NCBI RefSeq assembly: GCF_001194135.2 | Contig: NC_069001.1 | Coordinates: 28,931,133 to 28,988,187 of the forward strand | From: Octopus bimaculoides | Lineage: Eukaryota | Direction of reading: 5' to 3' | DNA length: 57,055 nucleotides | Shown: positions 11,111 to 22,520 of the stretch, piece by piece | How the letters are laid out: each line of letters opens with the position of its first letter | Numbering within the stretch: the first letter of the stretch is position 1 | Notes under the pieces: generated by a model | Database searches by the model: none | What the model was told of the DNA's origin: nothing | What the model saw: the letters and a program-made list of their open reading frames with translations, nothing else | Program-made: the position numbers and the translations under genes

Positions 11111-11824
11111 ATTTTATGCAGGCAGAATATTCAAGCTGTAATCTATCATTAATTGTATGCCTCTTTGTTGTTGCTGAATTTGTTTTGCTGCTGTTTTTCA
11201 CGTTTACTCACTGATGAACTTCGCCCTACGATCATAGTAAAATTCTCCCTATTGCGCGATATCTATCTTAATATTCTATGTTAATTTCCTTATATTTCAA
11301 CTCTAGCGCAGATAATATGTTTTCATGTGAATGCTACTTCAAGCAGGTCGTTGACTTACTGCGTAACTGTGACAAGACTCTTTCTGAAGAATAGAGTATT
11401 TGATGGAGTTTTAATGGCATTTACGATACTGGTTCTAACATTCTACTAGATAAAAAATAAATATGTTCGATATTCCTTTTCCTAACTTTTTTCACAATTA
11501 AATATGACGACAGATAGATCGTACACCAATTATTTATAATGCGGTAGTGCCCTAATACGAGCAATCAACGACAGTAAATAATTCAATTGCTGTCTGTCTG
11601 GAACAAACGAAACTTTGCTTGTTTCAGACTATTATATGAATGAAAAGAAATATTTTAAGACACCTGACTCGCAAAATTAAAGAAAAAACCCAGCTAAAAC
11701 ACAAAACAAAAAGAAGAAAAAAAAAACAGGAAATAACTATGGAAACAAGAAGATATTTCTGTGTTCTCCATCCCTCTCTCCATCATTCTCAGTAGGACAC
11801 TACCCACCTCTCTTATTCTCTCTC

Positions 11825-11879
<55 letters not shown>

Positions 11880-13384
11880 ATGCATAAGTATATGTCTGTC
11901 TTTATGTATGTGGGTACGTGTTGTGCTATATGTATATATACGCGCACATCAGAATGAATACCTGAAATATATCTGTTAACGTATTTATTGTATGAATTTT
12001 GTTTCAATTACATTTTTCCTCAGAAGAATACTTCACAAGTGAGTTGGGCTGAGCTGGGGTGTCGTTGGATTGAAATGCTATGCTTTGCGATAATGCACAT
12101 AAGAAGAGATCTAAGTAAAATTCTGCAGTAAGATTAGTCAGACATTCTTGGAAGCAGTTACTTTTGTTGTGTGTGTGTGTGTGTGTGTGTGCGCGTTTTT
12201 TTTTTTTTTTAAACGTTTAAACGAATATATAATAATTAGTCATGTAATGCACAGATGTAGACTTTACAGACCAACGAAAAATAAGCGAATAAAACAATAA
12301 TGAAATAGCAGAAAAGAATTACATGTTTCGTCGTTGCAGGTGACGAATATTTAATGCAATAACACGTCTGCTTTCATTTCTATCTTCATAGTTATTTATT
12401 TACTTATTCATTCATTGTACAGAGAACTGCTGGTATTAATATTACTGCAACTATTACTCTATCATACATATGGTGTAACACTGTGTTATAATAATGGTCG
12501 TACATATCATTACGCACACATATAAACATAGGTTTATAATATATATATACGTGTATGTGTACGCACATATATATATAATTTTCCCATATGTGCGTATGAG
12601 TTCCTTCAAATATACCAACACAGATATGTATATATGTGTGTGTGTGTGTGCGTGCACGTGTGTATGTATGTATATACAGTGTGTTTTCACGTACAAGAAT
12701 GTGTTGAGATAGACCTAACGGCATTATAGGCACAATAATCCAAATTAATACTGACTCTTTTAAAAATTTCTCAATTTTCAATGCTGACTTAAAGTTTCAA
12801 TTATTTAAATTGCATTTCTTGTCTCCCCACCAAGGTAAGAATTGTTCTAATACATACAGCTATCGGATGAAATAAAGTACATCGCTGTACCTTTTCCTGT
12901 ACGGAAAAATGACATCAAATATATTGCAACATATTCCGAACGCATTGATTTCACGAAAATGTTCAAGGTACTTAGTCTAGGAACACATACGATTTACGAC
13001 ACTTATATTGGTTTTAAATGTTTGACACAAGGTCAGATATTTCGCTGAAGGAGGTAAGTCTAATTTTTTTTTTTATTACCTACAAAGACCAACGTAGAAG
13101 CTTGTCGACAAATACAAAGCAAAAACAATATAAAATGTGACAAAACATAAACTCGGGGAACTAAAACTTAACAAGAAGTGGATGAGATAAGGAAGAAAAA
13201 ATTAAAAGAAACGAATGATAATATGAAAGAATGAAAATGAGGCGCAATGCCAACTCGAACCCCGAAGTCAAGTGCTTACATTTTCACAGTCTTTTCTCTT
13301 TTTTTTTTTTAAGTCTACATATTTACATTTTTTTCACAGCCATTTTTTTCTTTCTTTCCAATTTTTTTTTTATTTTTTTATTTA

Positions 13385-14030
13385 AATAAAAAATTGCAAG
13401 TTGTTTTACGTTGGTATCTCTGTTCTTTTCAACATCTCGTATTCCATTGTCGAACTCATCTACCATTTCCAAATGTTACAAAATACGTCCATAAATCTCT
13501 CAAATTGTCCCTCTGGTATCCAACACCTCTATCATCCATATCGAATACTTCTGTCGACAGGCTTCACTCTTACAAGTCCCTTCCATTTCGCCATCTTTTC
13601 CTCTACGTCCACATTCTTCTCATACATTTCCAAATAAGTCTTTTTTTTTTGTACTCTTCTATTGTTTCTTGCATTTTTTTGAATTCGGTTCGTTCCTTCC
13701 ATTTGTTTGACTTTTTGTTTTCTGTTGGATACCCTCTTTTCTTTGCTTTTTTCCTTCTTTTGGGGCTGACAAAGCCATCACCCCCCCCCTCTTTCAACTC
13801 GATCATTTCCTTCTCCTTTACGTCACTGACGCGCTCATCATCACGTCTATCCTCTCTTGTTTCAATTTTCCTTTCCATCTCTTTTCCTTGTTACTATTCC
13901 TCCTCTTTTTTCACTCAGAGTAAATTCAAACAAGGGGCACATTAGGACGCCTTCCTTCTACCACTACATTCAACCTTCCTCGATCCCAATTACTGAGGGA
14001 GGTATGTTTAATTTTTTTATTACCCATAGA
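13385..14030 (-). mobile_element. Possible LINE ORF1 (gag-like) relic
   Basis: Minus frames give GRLNVVVEGRRP, then MCPL across a frameshift (resembles a zinc-knuckle lead-in), followed by the charged tract GGGDGFVSPKRRKKAKKR. Broken by stops and frameshifts, and abuts a gap. Confidence 0.45.
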
Positions 14031-14759
14031 NNNNNNNNNNNNNNNNNNNNNNNNNNNNNNNNNNNNNNNNNNNNNNNNNNNNNNNNNNNNNNNNNNNNNN
14101 NNNNNNNNNNNNNNNNNNNNNNNNNNNNNNNNNNNNNNNNNNNNNNNNNNNNNNNNNNNNNNNNNNNNNNNNNNNNNNNNNNNNNNNNNNNNNNNNNNNN
14201 NNNNNNNNNNNNNNNNNNNNNNNNNNNNNNNNNNNNNNNNNNNNNNNNNNNNNNNNNNNNNNNNNNNNNNNNNNNNNNNNNNNNNNNNNNNNNNNNNNNN
14301 NNNNNNNNNNNNNNNNNNNNNNNNNNNNNNNNNNNNNNNNNNNNNNNNNNNNNNNNNNNNNNNNNNNNNNNNNNNNNNNNNNNNNNNNNNNNNNNNNNNN
14401 NNNNNNNNNNNNNNNNNNNNNNNNNNNNNNNNNNNNNNNNNNNNNNNNNNNNNNNNNNNNNNNNNNNNNNNNNNNNNNNNNNNNNNNNNNNNNNNNNNNN
14501 NNNNNNNNNNNNNNNNNNNNNNNNNNNNNNNNNNNNNNNNNNNNNNNNNNNNNNNNNNNNNNNNNNNNNNNNNNNNNNNNNNNNNNNNNNNNNNNNNNNN
14601 NNNNNNNNNNNNNNNNNNNNNNNNNNNNNNNNNNNNNNNNGAGGAATTTGACCGCAGAACGTAAACACAAATGAAACGCCACTAAACAATTTCATTGGCG
14701 CGCTAGCGAGTCTATCAGCTCACCGCCGTTTGTTTTTTTTTTTTTTTTCATTATATACA

Positions 14760-14930
14760 TATTGGCTTCAAATTTTGGTAAAGGCCAGCAATTCTGGGAG
14801 ACGAAGTTAGTCGATTACATCGACTCCATAGAACCCCCAAAGGTTGAACGGAAAGAGCGACCTCGGTGGAATTTGATCTCAGAAACTAAAGAAGGACGAA
14901 ATGCCGCTAAGTGTTTTGCCTAATAATTTT
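14760..14930 (-). mobile_element. Family C SINE (a head fragment also lies at 14641-14727)
   Basis: TTAGTCGATTACATCGACTCC..GACCTCGGTGGAATTTGATCTC..AAGGACGAAATGCCGCTAAG. Confidence 0.7.
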
Positions 14931-15262
14931 TATGTTGACAATAAATTCCTAAATCTCAGAGAATGAATTTGCAGAACCGTTATAGCATCGTGGACATGAC
15001 TTTGACCTATATAATCCGTGCCTGTAAATCTCTGAGAAGAAATCTCATCGACATAAATTCGGCCATTAATCATTATGAAATCTATAAAATAAAAAAATAA
15101 ATAAATAAAACAGCAACTGGGAAGGTTTCCATTCTATAGATCGGTACTGCTGTCAATCAGATGACTTGAACCAGAAAACTATTGCGGAGTTTTAATCATT
15201 GTTAAATTTGACCCAACTGTCTTTAACCCCGGATACGATAAGGATGCTATAACACTATATAT

Positions 15263-15315
<53 letters not shown>

Positions 15316-16037
15316 TGCATGCATACATAGATATAATATACATACACGCATATATATATTCCTATATGGTATTTGGTTCACGTCGTATAGTTGTGAGTTN
15401 NNNNNNNNNNNNNNNNNNNNNNNNNNNNNNNNNNNNNNNNNNNNNNNNNNNNNNNNNNNNNNNNNNNNNNNNNNNNNNNNNNNNNNNNNNNNNNNNNNNN
15501 NNNNNNNNNNNNNNNNNNNNNNNNNNNNNNNNNNNNNNNNNNNNNNNNNNNNNNNNNNNNNNNNNNNNNNNNNNNNNNNNNNNNNNNNNNNNNNNNNNNN
15601 NNNNNNNNNNNNNNNNNNNNNNNNNNNNNNNNNNNNNNNNNNNNNNNNNNNNNNNNNNNNNNNNNNNNNNNNNNNNNNNNNNNNNNNNNNNNNNNNNNNN
15701 NNNNNNNNNNNNNNNNNNNNNNNNNNNNNNNNNNNNNNNNNNNNNNNNNNNNNNNNNNNNNNNNNNNNNNNNNNNNNNNNNNNNNNNNNNNNNNNNNNNN
15801 NNNNNNNNNNNNNNNNNNNNNNNNNNNNNNNNNNNNNNNNNNNNNNNNNNNNNNNNNNNNNNNNNNNNNNNNNNNNNNNNNNNNNNNNNNNNNNNNNNNN
15901 NNNNNNNNNNNNNNNNNNNNNNNNNNNNNNNNNNNNNNNNNNNNNNNNNNNNNNNNNNNNNNNNNNNNNNNNNNNNNNTATATATATATATATATATGTG
16001 TGTGTATATATATATATATATATACATACAGTGTGAG

Positions 16038-16260
16038 AACATTTCAGAGTGTTTGGGTGTCAATCTGAGGAGATGTACCGAGAGTGATAAAAATTAACAT
16101 CATGGTGTTTGGAGTGATCACTAGTGATGGCGAAGCTATGCCTCAATTTATCTTGCCACATGGCCTCAGACTCAACACGGAGGCCTACTTCAAGTGCTAG
16201 GAAGAGGTAGTGCTGCTCTGGGTCAAGAGGGTGACTGCTGAAAGATTTTATTTCTGACAA
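16038..16260 (+). mobile_element. Internally deleted mariner (DD37D/maT-like) transposase relic
   Basis: NISECLGVNLR (16038-16070, HTH region) is joined to DVPRVIKINIMVFGVITSDGEAMPQFILPHGLRLNTEAYFKC*EEVVLLWVKRVTAERFYF*Q (16072-16260), the classic mariner catalytic-domain segment. Two in-frame stops. Confidence 0.85.
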
Positions 16261-16564
16261 CTTACCCAGACGTTTGAATTATTAGGAATTGAAGACTCAT
16301 TTTTAACAGGAGGCACGTTGCTTAGATTAACATACGTTGATGCTAATACTCATTTTCAGTTGATGAAACTAGTTTAAAGTGGAGTAGAGTTCCTTGTTCA
16401 AGGATACTACACACTACCTGACCCCAAAATCGACTTCACCACCTAAGGATCACCATCCTAACAATCAATCAAAACGAATATGTATTCTGTCTCTTTATGA
16501 AACGCGTTCTCACGTAGCCACATGTACGTAGTTTAAAATAACATTGTATAGTTATGGCTTGGGT

Positions 16565-16943
16565 GGAGGTGCAATGGCACAGTGATTAAGGCAGCGGACT
16601 CCCGGTCATAGGATCGCAGTTTCGATTCCCGGACCGGGCGTTGTGAGTGTTTATTGAGCGAAAACACCTAAAGCTCCACGAGGCTCCGGCAAGGGATGGT
16701 GGCGAACCCTGCTGTACTCTTTCACCACAACTTTCTCTCACTCTTACTTTCTGTTGTGCCTGTAATTCAAAGGGTCAGCCTTGTCACACTGTGTCACGCT
16801 GAATATCCCCGAGAACTACGTTAAGGGTACACGTGTCTGTGGAGTGCTCAGCCACTTGCACGTTAATTTCACGAGCAGGTTGTTCCGTTGTTCGGATCAA
16901 CTGGAACCCTCGACGTCGTAAGCGACGGAGTGCCACCAACAAC
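16565..16943 (+). mobile_element. Full-length tRNA-derived SINE (family A head + tail 1)
   Basis: A box TGGCACAGTGA, B box TTTCGATTCCC, CAACAAC tail. 12-bp target-site duplication AGTTATGGCTTG at 16550-16561 and 16944-16955. Confidence 0.92.
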
Positions 16944-17149
16944 AGTTATGGCTTGAAGTGTCAATCGTTTTTAGATACTTAGCAGAGGATGCTGCGTTGG
17001 CTCATTTGCATCTTCATCATTTGATATGTGATGCTGTGGTAGTTTTTATTTTTATTCCAATGCTTCATTCCGTCCTCTAGTCGCGTCAGCCTTCCATATC
17101 AATAAAACAGGTCCTATTGAAGTATTGATGTCGATACAATATAATATAC

Positions 17150-18010
17150 ACTCCCGGTATTTCGTCTGCCGTTACGTTCTGTGTTCAAATTACGCCGAGG
17201 TCGACTTTGCTTCTCAGCTTTCCGGGGTCGATTAAATAAGTTCCAGTTATGTACTGGAGTCTATGTAATCGATTTAATACCTTTGTTTGTCCTTGTTTGC
17301 CCCCTCTATATTTAGTCCCCTGTGAGCAATAAAGAAATAAATATAATATACACCTCCACCCTAAAGTATAATGCTTGGATCGCATGTTATCTATAATTCT
17401 ATATTCCTTAATATTTGCTCAACTTTGTACATTCCGAGTTCAAAATTATTGAGGGGTAACTTTGTATTTTGTCTTTTCTGTGTCAATGAACGAATGTACA
17501 TACGAAAATATAGTATTTGTGTCTGCATAATATACGTTTCCATTCTTGCTCTTGCGTCGTTTTGCTCACATATTAAAGATAATCCTACTTTTAATGTTAT
17601 TTGTGACAAAACCTGAAACCAATATTTTTCCAGAATAAGGCGTTGAGCTGCCAGAATCGTTATTACGGCGGGCAAAATGCTTAATATAATTTCATCGTCT
17701 TTTCGTTCCGAGTTCAAACTGAGCCGTGGTCAACTTTGCCTTTCTTCTTTTTAGGGTGGGTAAAATAAGCATCGGTTAAGCACTAGGGTCGATGTAATTG
17801 ACTTATCCCCTCCCTCGAAATTGAATTACAGGCCTTGTACCAAACTTCGAATCCGATTTTATTTGTGCCCGCTCTTTTCGTATTAAGTTCAAAGACTGGT
17901 GAGTTCAATTTTGCCTTTCATTGTTTTGTCGATAAATAAAGTACTTAAAACGTAAAGTTATTGTTTCGATTTGTGTCATCAAAAATATCTACCAGAAAAC
18001 GTCTGGCTTT
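17150..18010 (+). mobile_element. Cluster of three family C SINE copies (~17150-17280, 17638-17860, 17865-18010)
   Basis: Each carries the GAGTTCAAA / GGTC.ACTTTGC / GGGGTCGAT..ATAAGT blocks on the same strand. Confidence 0.7.
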
Positions 18011-18169
18011 GTGTCGGAAAAAGAAACCAATATCTTCATTATTGTTTTGCTCAGGTGAACCAAACGGAACAGATTTACAAATTTTATGGAAGACTAGGAC
18101 ATCCCCTTCTAATACTCATACATAGTGAATCTATGAGCTTATTATTTTATCTCTGGATAGGCTGTTATG

Positions 18170-19400
18170 ATTATACTTTGTAATCTGAAGGAGGTTTGAC
18201 TAATGAATCTTCTAGATTTGGTCTTGGCGTAGATGCTTCTATATTATCTTTATGTTTTCCTGATTTTATTGTCCTTGCCTCTCTCTCTATCATTTTTGTT
18301 TCTGCTATCTTACGCCGGGTAGTACTTAATCCAGCAATTTCTAAGACCAAAAACATCCATTGCATGTCCTCCTAGGGACTCGCTTTCTAATGTATTTAAG
18401 TGTATGTAGAAATCTAACGTTTCTTCCCTTAAAATGTTGGCATTTCATTCCTTGCAGATTTTGTCTGCTATTTCTAGCTGTATAATTGTTTTGCGTTTGT
18501 TAGTTATGAAAAGAAAACTGTTTTAAGTAAATGAACGCATGGAATGTAAATGGTAATCTTATTAACGGCATAAACACGGAATATTCGGAACTTGGCAAGA
18601 TGAAGGACTTTTCTCGTCTAGAGAACAAAGAAGATCTGATGAAGCTAGCACGAGTAGGAAGTATGGATGTTTGACAAGTGTTATGGTATAAGATAGACAG
18701 AGGTAAATGGAAAGAGACGAAGAAACTTGTGCTAACTATTTGGGTGAAATTCCAAAAAATTATTGAAGGAAAAATAATAGGCGTATTAACCGAAAATATA
18801 TGCAGAGAAGAAAAAAGATTTAAGGTACGGGTGTTGAACTGATATGAGTTAAATTGGATGCCAGTTAAGGAAATAGAAGAATTTATTAATTGCAAGTATG
18901 GATTTTGCATGAAACGTTTCAACAGGGTATTTCAAGTAAGAATGATATCGAACAAGGAAATCGATAATTAAATTCTCTGATATTGTCGACCACTGTGTAT
19001 TAATAGCTCTTATTGTATTTAGACTATCGGCATGAAAGGCAAAGCTAAATCTTGGAGGTTTTCAACTTTCTATATAGCAGGAAGTATCTAAATAATATAA
19101 GGTATTTAGTTCGGAGTTCTAATGATCTCACTAAATCCGTTGAGTCTTAAGGGAATAGAGACAAACGTTGCTTTTGTTTCACACTTCATACGAGTGATGT
19201 ATAAGTGGGGGTGAGTGGCGTAAATATTCGCAGATATATTCGGGAGACTTATAAAGTTTATCGAATCCGGGGGATGAAAAAGATCTATGAAATTGGTGGA
19301 TTTCAAGCTGGGAATGAAACAAAAAGACAATGTAACTAAATACTTGAAGTCATTTCACCACTGCTCCTTGTTGCATTGTTCGTGGATCCTTCTTTGAAGA
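18170..19400 (-). mobile_element. Probable decayed Penelope-like retroelement (RT thumb + GIY-YIG tail)
   Basis: Minus frames give, in the expected order: KLYKSPEYICEYLR, TFVSIPL, SISLFDIILT*NTLL (FLD motif), NKFFYFLNWHPI*LISV (HP motif), ITIYIPCV, LVLEIAGLSTTRRKIAETKMI. Heavily degraded and matched by eye. Confidence 0.5.
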
Positions 19401-20049
19401 ACACTCATTGTATAGCATTAATTTTCTTTAAGAGAAGATCTTGCATGTTTCACGCTAAAATTGTCTGCTTTGTTAGAATACAATGTTGCAGCTGACTCTA
19501 TATAACATTTTGCACGTTGCCAACTGAGAGAGAGAAGGGGAAAGAGAGAGAAGGGGAGAGAAAGAGAAGGAGAGAAATTGAGAGAATGAGTGAAAGAAGG
19601 AGAGAAAGTGATAGAGAGAGAGAGAGAAGAATTAGTACTAATATATTGCTGGTACTTTTGGAATATCAGTTATAGGAAAAACAAATACTATCCTTCACTA
19701 AAAGACGGAATGTATGGAATTTTATGACATATTCCACAATTCTGTCGAATTTAAAAATGTGCAAGCCAGCTAGCTACGATTCCTCATGCATATACTCACA
19801 TATGCATGCATATTGTAGGCCATAATCATGGATATAGCCCTACAACAAACATATAATCAAACGTGTTGTAGCCATGGCCATTCAATCGTTTCATGTGTAA
19901 TCTATTTAAACCGTTTACAATATTGCCCGATGCGTATTCTGTCAACTCCATTATTCGCAAATAATAGTGTACAACATCACTGAGTGATGGGATGAACTGG
20001 TAGTTGTTTTACGTTTAATAAATTAAATTCTAAGAAAACGTTGGTCTCC

Positions 20050-20400
20050 GTTTAAATATAACATTGCTGTCGTAAAATCAACTGTGCGAGTCGGAGTCAT
20101 GGATTTTGTAACGAAAAAACAGTAAAGAAATAGCCACGCATTCATGTTTAGAAACTTGAAGCAGATAATGAAGAGTGTGCGGAAAGACAAGATTAAAAAT
20201 ACTACCACTGCAGAGAATGCTAACATATATTGGCACGATAAAGCTACCACTGACTCCAAATAATGGAGAAAATTTATTACTAAGACCCAACGCTACATTT
20301 ATAACTGGCTTATTGCAGAAGAAAGGAAATCGACTTGGAAAATTATACAAGATATAAGAATATTCAACATCGGTAATGACAGATGAATTGCAGCAGCCAA
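20050..20400 (+). mobile_element. RTE/BovB-like LINE RT C-terminal relic
   Basis: Frameshifted fragments NQL, PRIHV*KLEA and RVCGKTRLK, then NWLIAEERKSTWKIIQDIRIFNIGNDR*IAAAKAK. This resembles the RTE C-terminus WE.LA.DRS.W...I..G...FE..RIAAAKAKR. Confidence 0.55.
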
Positions 20401-21347
20401 AGCAAAAGTCGGCTGAAGAGCGATCCAATGTTTCNNNNNNNNNNGCAGCCAAAGCAAAAGTCGGCTGAAGAGCGATCCAATGTTTCTACGATGAATTGCA
20501 GCAGCCAAAGCAAAAGTCGGCTGAAGGGCGATCCGATGTTTCTACGATGAATTGCAGCAGCCAAAGCAAAAGTCAGCTGAAGAGCGATCCGATGTTTCTA
20601 CGATGAATTGCAGCAGCCAAAGCAAAAGTCGGCTGAAGAGCGATCCAATGTGTCTACGATGAATTGCAGCAGCCAAAGCAAAAGTCGGCTGAAGAGCGAT
20701 CCGATGTTTCTACGATGAATTGCAGCAGCCAAAGCAAAAGTCGGCTGAAGAGCGATCCNNNNNNNNNNNNNNNNNNNNNNNNNNNNNNNNNNNNNNNNNN
20801 NNNNNNNNNNNNNNNNNNNNNNNNNNNNNNNNNNNNNNNNNNNNNNNNNNNNNNNNNNNNNNNNNNNNNNNNNNNNNNNNNNNNNNNNNNNNNNNNNNNN
20901 NNNNNNNNNNNNNNNNNNNNNNNNNNNNNNNNNNNNNNNNNNNNNNNNNNNNNNNNNNNNNNNNNNNNNNNNNNNNNNNNNNNNNNNNNNNNNNNNNNNN
21001 NNNNNNNNNNNNNNNNNNNNNNNNNNNNNNNNNNNNNNNNNNNNNNNNNNNNNNNNNNNNNNNNNNNNNNNNNNNNNNNNNNNNNNNNNNNNNNNNNNNN
21101 NNNNNNNNNNNNNNNNNNNNNNNNNNNNNNNNNNNNNNNNNNNNNNNNNNNNNNNNNNNNNNNNNNNNNNNNNNNNNNNNNNNNNNNNNNNNNNNAAGCA
21201 AAAGTCGGCTGAAGAGCGATCCAATGTTTCTACGATGAATTGCAGCAGCCAAAGCAAAAGTCGGCTGAAGAGCGATCCAATGTTTCTACGATGAATTGCA
21301 GCAGCCAAAGCAAAAGTCGGCTGAAGAGCGATCCAATGTTTCTACGA
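20382..21347 (+). repeat. 56-bp tandem minisatellite
   Basis: Unit GATGAATTGCAGCAGCCAAAGCAAAAGTCGGCTGAAGAGCGATCCAATGTTTCTAC starts at 20490, 20546, 20602, 20658, 20714, 21234 and 21290, with partial copies as well. Interrupted by two N gaps. Confidence 0.97.
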
Positions 21348-21460
21348 AGACTTGTAATTATATGTGTATACTTAGAACCTATATACATATATACATACAG
21401 AAGTATATGTATTCATATTTATAGGTAATTACATACGTACGCACAAATACACACAGTGCA

Positions 21461-21491
<31 letters not shown>

Positions 21492-21664
21492 CAGAAAGTA
21501 GTTATATTCTTATATATAATGCGAGGCATTACACAAGGTTAGTTCAGTGGTTCTGATATATACTGTGCGTCATGGGTATATATACTGCGTGTCAATAGGT
21601 ATATGCTTATCTGGGGGTGGACTTTCAAAGTTGACATTGGTGAACGATGTATTACAATAATTGT

Positions 21665-22058
21665 GATTTCGAATTTCGAAAAAAGGCCAGCAACTTTTGG
21701 GGAGGAGGTAAGTCAATTATGTCGAGCCCCAGAGCTGAAATGGTACTTACCTTACCGACCCCAGAAAGATGAAAAGTAAATTCGATCGCAGCGGAATTTG
21801 AACTCAGAACGTAACGACGGAACAAATGCCGGCGTGGTAACGATTCTGACAGCTGACCCCCATAAGCATAACGGTGATGATAATCTTGCTTTCTACTAAA
21901 GGCATCAAACTAGTGTTTCACTGGTTCATAATTAATCGACCCCAAAAGGATGAAAGACGAAGTCGACTTCGTTAGAATTGGAACTTAGAACCAAGCGACA
22001 GGCTAAATACCAATAAATATTTCGTCCAGCGTGCGAATGATTCTGCCTGCTTGTCACC

Positions 22059-22092
<34 letters not shown>

Positions 22093-22276
22093 TAATAAAA
22101 GCAAACACAATTTTCTTATGGTTTCTTAAACATTCACTTGAACAAAACTGTACAAATCCAAATATATGGTACCCTAGGCATAACACCTACATGAACTTCT
22201 AACTTGTTGTCTCTTGAGGTCTCTGGGTGAGACTTGGATCCAACTTGTACAAATGCAAAACAAAAGTCAAACATAA

Positions 22277-22330
<54 letters not shown>

Positions 22331-22520
22331 CGTTTGTACTATAGCCACAAGGCCTCAAATTTGAGTGGTGCAAGTTGAGTACATTGACCCAGCACCTGAC
22401 TGGTACTTATTTCATCAATCTCGAAAGAATGAAAGACAAAGGCAAAGTCGACGTCGGCGGAATTTGAACTCAGAACGTAATTTTGGCCGCGTGCTAACGT
22501 TTCTGTCGGTTCGCCGCTCT
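21665..22520 (-). mobile_element. Cluster of three family C SINE copies separated by (AAT)n (~21665-21860, 21885-22060, 22335-22520)
   Basis: Repeated GACCCC..AAGGATGAAAG..AAAGTCGAC..CGGAATTTGAACTCAGAACGTA blocks. Confidence 0.8.

Noticed and set aside
13040-13060. GAG/GTAAGT splice donors here and near 21705
   Set aside because: They are part of the reverse-complemented family C SINE tail.
16565-16640. tRNA genes at SINE heads (also ~9140-9218, 43600-43673, 48611-48672, 50830-50903)
   Set aside because: A and B boxes are present, but the cloverleaf is not maintained and each continues into a repeat body.
18560-18965. Near-open plus-strand frame (EYSELGKMKDF...)
   Set aside because: It has internal stops and no recognisable motif, and is better explained as the antisense of the Penelope-like relic.
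20382-21347. CRISPR array or coding repeat
   Set aside because: The units are contiguous with no unique spacers, the DNA is eukaryotic, and 56 bp is not a multiple of three.
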